32,000 bases of DNA, from the NCBI RefSeq assembly GCF_900128735.1, contig NZ_LT667503.1:300001-332000 (forward strand), read 5' to 3'. Origin of the DNA: Candidatus Saccharimonadota bacterium. GTDB lineage: Bacteria > Pseudomonadota > Gammaproteobacteria > Enterobacterales > Enterobacteriaceae. Shown piece after piece: positions 27,349 through 32,000 of this stretch. A program made the position numbers and the translations under genes. The first letter of the stretch is position 1, and the number at the start of each line of letters is the position of its first letter. Below the pieces are notes generated by a model. That model made no database searches. It saw only the letters and a program-made list of their open reading frames with translations, and was not told the origin of the DNA.

Positions 27349-29169
27349 ATGAATCAAATGTTACGAAATATTGCAATTATAGCTCATGTAGATCACGGAA
27401 AAACCACATTACTAGATCAATTATTACAACAATCTGGAACCTTTAAGAAGCATGAAGAAAAAATAGACAGAATTATGGATTCTCATGAACTAGAAAAAGA
27501 AAGAGGAATTACAATTTCAGCTAAAAATACCTCAATAGAATGGAAAAAATATCATATCAATATTATTGATACACCTGGGCATGCTGATTTTGGCGGAGAA
27601 GTAGAAAGAATATTATCCATGGTAGATTCTGTATTATTAGTAGTCGATGCTTTTGAAGGGCCTATGCCTCAAACAAGATATGTGACTAAAAAAGCATTTT
27701 CATATCAAATTAAACCTATTGTCATAATAAATAAAATGGATCGACCTAATATTCGACCGGACTGGGTAATTAATCAAATATTTGATTTATTTGTCAATCT
27801 CAATGCTAACGATGAACAATTAGATTTTCCTATAATATATACTTCAGCTCTTCTTGGAATATCAGGTTTCGATCCAGATAAAATGGAAAAAAATATGGAG
27901 CCGTTATTTCAAACTATTATCAAATATACACCGGAACCCCAAAAATACCATTCAAAAAATCTTCAAATGCAAATTTCTCAATTGGATTGGAATAATTATT
28001 TTGGTACAATTGGTATTGGAAAAATTACTCAAGGAATATTAAAAATTAATCAAACTGTATCTATTTTACGAAAAGAAAAAAAAATATATACCGGAAAAAT
28101 CAATAAAATATTAAAATTTTATGGTCTAAAAAAAATTGAAATAAAAAAAGCCATTGCTGGCGATATCATAGCTATAACAGGTTTAAATGATATTAAAATA
28201 TCAGATACAATTTGTGATCCATTACACTTAAATCCATTACCAGCACTAAAAATTGACTCCCCTACAGTAAATATGTTTTTTTGCGTGAACAAATCACCAT
28301 TTTGTGGTAAAGAAGGAAAATATGTAACCTCTCGTCAAATTTTGCAAAGATTAAAAAAAGAAGTAATACATAATGTATCTTTAGAAGTAAAAGAAACAAA
28401 AGACTCAAATATTTTTTCTGTATCTGGAAGAGGTGAATTACATTTATCTATTTTATTAGAACAATTACGTAGAGAAAACTTTGAAATAGAAGTTTCACGG
28501 CCCAAGGTTATCTTAAAATATGAAAATAATCAAAAAACTGAACCTTTTGAGTTAGTTTATTTAGATGTTATGCGTAAACACCAAGGCACTGTTATTAAAA
28601 AAATCGGAGAATTACGCGGTAATATCAAAAATATCATAAGTAATGAAAAAGATAGAGTTCAAATTGAATGTATTTTATCTAGTCGATCGCTAATAGGTTT
28701 TCGTACTGATTTTATGAATATTACTTCTGGCAGTGGTACATTTTTTTCCTCTATTGATCATTATGGACCCATGCAAAATTATACAATTGGACAACGAAAA
28801 AACGGCGTTCTTATCTCTAATGGTACTGGAATTGCCGTTTCCTTTGCTTTATATAATTTACAAAATAGAGGAAAAATTTTTGTTAAACATGCTGAAAAAG
28901 TATATGAAGGACAAATAATCGGTATTCATAATCGTACTAATGATTTAACAGTCAACTGTTTAACAGGAAAAAAATTAACAAATATGAGAGCCTCCGGAAC
29001 AGATGAAGCAATTAATTTAATACCACCTGTTAATATAACATTAGAATATGCATTAAACTTTGTTAATGATGATGAATTAATAGAAATTACACCAAATGCA
29101 ATACGTTTTAGAAAGATCTATTTAACAGAAAGTGAAAGAAAAAAAAATCTACGAAGAAAAATAATTTGA
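27349..29169 (+). CDS. typA: Ribosome-associated translational GTPase TypA/BipA
   Basis: The 606 aa product has [45 protein letters not shown] and INKMDR motifs, and is colinear with E. coli BipA (607 aa). It ends in TGA. Confidence 0.96.
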   Translation: MNQMLRNIAIIAHVDHGKTTLLDQLLQQSGTFKKHEEKIDRIMDSHELEKERGITISAKNTSIEWKKYHINIIDTPGHADFGGEVERILSMVDSVLLVVDAFEGPMPQTRYVTKKAFSYQIKPIVIINKMDRPNIRPDWVINQIFDLFVNLNANDEQLDFPIIYTSALLGISGFDPDKMEKNMEPLFQTIIKYTPEPQKYHSKNLQMQISQLDWNNYFGTIGIGKITQGILKINQTVSILRKEKKIYTGKINKILKFYGLKKIEIKKAIAGDIIAITGLNDIKISDTICDPLHLNPLPALKIDSPTVNMFFCVNKSPFCGKEGKYVTSRQILQRLKKEVIHNVSLEVKETKDSNIFSVSGRGELHLSILLEQLRRENFEIEVSRPKVILKYENNQKTEPFELVYLDVMRKHQGTVIKKIGELRGNIKNIISNEKDRVQIECILSSRSLIGFRTDFMNITSGSGTFFSSIDHYGPMQNYTIGQRKNGVLISNGTGIAVSFALYNLQNRGKIFVKHAEKVYEGQIIGIHNRTNDLTVNCLTGKKLTNMRASGTDEAINLIPPVNITLEYALNFVNDDELIEITPNAIRFRKIYLTESERKKNLRRKII

Positions 29170-29380
29170 TTAAAATAATTTACAAATTATATCAACTATT
29201 ATGTATATAATAAAAATTAAAAAAAAAAAATATAATATTTAAATATCTCAAAAATTTAAGATGAAAATTCTCTAATATCTATACCTGTAAATTGACGTTA
29301 TAAAATAAAAAAAGAAATGAAAATATTATTAAATTAATAACATATTTTTTAAAAAAATTCAATAAATACTAAAAAAGATA

Positions 29381-29403
29381 AATGCCTTGTAAAAAGAGGC
29401 ATT
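29381..29403 (-). terminator. Rho-independent-terminator-like hairpin downstream of ygfZ
   Basis: AATGCCT (29381-29387) pairs with AGGCATT (29397-29403), a 7 bp stem with a 9 nt loop. It lies 9 nt after the ygfZ stop on the minus strand and is followed there by TATCTTTTTT. Confidence 0.55.
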
Positions 29404-29411
29404 AAAAATAT

Positions 29412-30380
29412 TTATGAAAAAAAAACAAATTTACTACTATATTTTCCAGAAATATAAAAGCTCTTTTTTTCCTTACAAAATATTTTTTTCATGCAAACCT
29501 GTAATAATATTTTATTCTTTAAAAGTTGTACAACTTCTAGAATTATACCAGCGTTGCATATATTTTCAATATTTTCATGATATTCTATCCATGATCCAAT
29601 AATTGGAAAAACCTTTGATTCACCAATTAAAACCTTCATTTTAAATTTATTTATTTTTTGTTTTTCATACCGATATAATATTTCTTGACCATAATAACAG
29701 CCTTTATTAAAACAAAGGGCATTCCAATATTTTAAATTTAGGGATTGCGGTAAAAACCTACCTATCGTAATATTATTAATGATTGGAAAATTAGATTCAA
29801 TATCTAAAGATTTCCATTGTAAATCCGTACTAATAAACATATTTATTGCAATTTTTTTTATAAAGTCATAAGAATATTTATTTTTACAAATTATTAAAAA
29901 TCTTTCACTTGGAAAGCTTAATCGCAAAACAATGATTTTTTTATAATACATAATATTATGATTACTATTTGGTAACTCGGTAAAATATTTTGTTAATATG
30001 TTCAGAATACCAAAACCAGCTACACCAAAAATTTTCCAATTTTTATTTACAAAAATATTAATATCAGAAAAAACAGAATATTTTTTTAATTCTTTCATTT
30101 GTTTTAATGCAATTTCAGTTCGTATAAGATATGCATAAATATTATTATATTTAAAAATTAAAAAAGGACACCACACCTTACCATTATAATTACAGTGAGC
30201 ACCAAATTGATATCTTGTCTTATGAACAGTATTAATATCCAATGTAAATTGCTGATTTAAATATTTGATACTATCCATCCCTATAACATTTATAATACAC
30301 CAATTCTTTAACTGCATAATAGTCGCTGGGAGTTGTTTATTTAAAAATACTGTATTATGATATGTATTTAATACTGTCAT
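29412..30380 (-). CDS. ygfZ: Folate-binding tRNA-modification/Fe-S cluster repair protein YgfZ
   Basis: The 322 aa product aligns with E. coli YgfZ at LPATIMQLKNWCIINVIGMDSIKYLNQQFT.D ([32 protein letters not shown]), GAHCNYNGKVW (AAHCDAKGKMW), ELKKYSVFS (ELKKYAVFS), PSERFLII (PAERFLIV) and FNKGCYYGQE (FKKGCYTGQE). Confidence 0.88.
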   Translation of the reverse strand: MTVLNTYHNTVFLNKQLPATIMQLKNWCIINVIGMDSIKYLNQQFTLDINTVHKTRYQFGAHCNYNGKVWCPFLIFKYNNIYAYLIRTEIALKQMKELKKYSVFSDINIFVNKNWKIFGVAGFGILNILTKYFTELPNSNHNIMYYKKIIVLRLSFPSERFLIICKNKYSYDFIKKIAINMFISTDLQWKSLDIESNFPIINNITIGRFLPQSLNLKYWNALCFNKGCYYGQEILYRYEKQKINKFKMKVLIGESKVFPIIGSWIEYHENIENICNAGIILEVVQLLKNKILLQVCMKKIFCKEKKSFYISGKYSSKFVFFS

Positions 30381-30587
30381 AAAAAATTATCCTATAATAT
30401 TATTAAAAATCAATTTTATTATATATATAAATAAAAATTATAAAAAATTTCATCAAAGTAAATTATATACCATATAAAATTCACATAACAATATTATTAA
30501 AAAAAAATTAATAAATAAAAGTCCATTAATAATATTTTTATACTTTAAAAATCAAAAAAAAATATATTAATATATTCGAGAAATATC

Positions 30588-31686
30588 ATGTTAGAAATTT
30601 CAAATATCAAAAAAAAAATAATAGATTTTAATAATAGAATTCAATATTTAAAGAGGATTCTTTGAATATAAAAGTAAAAAAAAAAAAATCACAGTTATTA
30701 ATAATCAATTAAAATCTTCAGAAATATGGAAAAATATTAAAAAAATCTATACTTTAAAAAAAGAAAAAAAAAAAACAAAAAAATTAATAAAAAAGATAGA
30801 ATATTTAATTAATAATATACAAGATTTAAAAATATGGATGGAAATTTTATTAAAAAATTATGATGTAAATATTTTATCTGAAATTAAAATTATATTTAAA
30901 AAATTAGAAAAAAAAATAAAAAAATTAGAAATATATCAATTATTTTCTCAAAAATATGACTTTAATAATTGTTATATCGATATCCAACCCGGATCAGGAG
31001 GAATAGAAGCTCAAGACTGGGCTAAAAAATTACTACGAATGTATCTTAAATGGGCTGAAATAAAAAATTTTTCTTCTTATATTACAGAAGAATCTCCTGG
31101 TGATAATAATGGTATTAAATCAGCTACCGTTAAAATAAAAGGGAAATATGCATTTGGATGGTGTCGTACAGAATCAGGAATTCATCGATTAGTTCGTAAA
31201 AGTCCTTTTAATACAAATAATAAACGACATACATCATTTTGTTCTATATTTGTATATCCCGAAATAAAAGAAAATAAAAAAATTATTTTAAATTCATCTA
31301 ATTTACGAATTGATGTATATAGAGCATCTGGTGCTGGAGGGCAACATGTGAATTGCACTGAATCGGCAGTAAGAATTACTCATGTTCCTACCGGAATATC
31401 TACTCAATGTCAAAGTAGTCGTTCACAACATAAAAACAAAGATCTCGCATTAAAACAATTAATATCTAAAATTCATATATTAGAAGAACAAAGAATAAAC
31501 TTAAAGAAAAAAATAAAGAACAAAAACAAATTAGATATTGGTTGGGGAAATCAAATTCGTTCATATATATTAGATAATTCTCTTGTTAAAGATTTAAGAA
31601 CAGGGATAGAAATGTATGATACACAATTAATACTAGATGGTCATTTAAGTCAATTTATTGAAAAAAGTTTAAAATTGGGGTTATAA
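30588..31686 (+). CDS. prfB: Peptide chain release factor 2, encoded in two frames joined by a programmed +1 ribosomal frameshift (30588-30662 joined to 30664-31686)
   Basis: Frame 0 reads ATG 30588 ... MLEISNIKKKIIDFNNRIQYLKRIL and then TGA at 30663. The +1 frame is open from 30664 (EYKSKKKKITVINNQL...) into the track ORF 30838-31686. That ORF carries DIQPGSGGIEAQDWA, the RKSPF (SPF) motif and SGAGGQHVN (GGQ). The architecture is the same as in E. coli prfB. Confidence 0.93.
30652..30666 (+). promoter_or_regulatory. prfB autoregulatory +1 frameshift cassette: internal SD-like GAGG, 3 nt spacer, CTT TGA A
   Basis: The sequence is aaGAGGattCTTTGAa. E. coli has aGGGGGuauCUUUGAc, with the same 3 nt spacing between the SD-like element and the CUU slippery codon. 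Confidence 0.85.
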
Positions 31687-31698
31687 AAAATTAATATT

Positions 31699-32000
31699 AT
31701 GTCTAATATAAAAAAAATTTATTTAAATAAAAAAAAAAAAATCTTTATAGAAAAAGAGAACAGAAAAATAAAATTAAAAAAATTATGTAATACTGGTTTT
31801 AATTTTCCAAATTCATTTCATTGTAATAATACAGTAAAAAATATATTATCATTATATAAAAAACATACCAAACAAGAACTGAAAAATATTAATATTAATA
31901 TAAAAATTGCAGGTCGTATAATAAAAAAAAGGGTTATGGGAAAAGCATCTTTTTTTATAATACAAGATTGTGATTACGAAATTCAAATATATATTAAGAG
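31699..32000 (+). CDS. lysS: Lysine--tRNA ligase, N-terminal part (continues beyond the window)
   Basis: Not in the ORF track because there is no stop before the edge. Hand translation from the ATG at 31699 stays open to 32000. It ends ...NINIKIAGRIIKKRVMGKASFFIIQDCDYEIQIYIK, matching E. coli LysS ...[36 protein letters not shown]. It follows prfB as in the E. coli prfB-lysS operon and contains an in-frame A13 run at 31729-31741. Confidence 0.9.
   Translation, partial: MSNIKKIYLNKKKKIFIEKENRKIKLKKLCNTGFNFPNSFHCNNTVKNILSLYKKHTKQELKNININIKIAGRIIKKRVMGKASFFIIQDCDYEIQIYIK

Noticed and set aside
27854-28042. A 62 aa out-of-frame ORF inside typA, and a second one at 28733-28918.
   Set aside because: Both are embedded in the conserved BipA coding frame and have no independent support.
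29414-29602. A 62 aa ORF antisense to the 3' end of ygfZ.
   Set aside because: It overlaps the YgfZ C-terminus on the opposite strand and has a hydrophobic, low-complexity product. It is a chance ORF.

Overview
This window is extremely AT-rich (judged by eye, not computed) and gene-dense. It consists almost entirely of housekeeping genes whose products align residue-for-residue with Escherichia coli proteins. The gene order is rlmE-greA / ibaG / rplU-rpmA-obgE / rpsI-rplM / pheA / ffh / rpsP-rimM-trmD-rplS / tldD / aroQ / rluD / alaS-csrA-tRNASer-tRNAArg / rsmE / zapA / rpiA / tRNAMet-Leu-Gln / glnS / eno / polA / engB / typA / ygfZ / prfB-lysS. This order, the retained amino-acid biosynthesis genes (pheA, aroQ) and the long featureless AT spacers fit a reduced genome of an obligate Enterobacterales-derived insect endosymbiont, and my recollection is that the order is Buchnera aphidicola-like (unverified). 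I see no mobile elements, CRISPR arrays, prophage, toxin or defence genes, and no convincing novel multi-gene system. The interesting content is genome-decay biology. (1) polA is interrupted three times, by an A12 tract right after its ATG, an in-frame TGA exactly at the linker between the 5' nuclease and the Klenow part, and an A10 frameshift, yet the 5' nuclease and polymerase catalytic motifs are intact while the proofreading carboxylates are gone. (2) rsmE is split by a frameshift inside an A12 tract. (3) All three frameshifts would be repaired by adding one A. This points either to rescue by transcriptional slippage at poly(A) tracts or to homopolymer under-calling during sequencing. (4) The PheA regulatory domain has lost the GALV and ESRP feedback-inhibition motifs. 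(5) prfB keeps its programmed +1 frameshift site, which shows that UGA is still a stop codon. (6) None of the five tRNA genes encodes the 3' CCA. (7) Long non-coding spacers sit where murA/ispB and dacB lie in E. coli.
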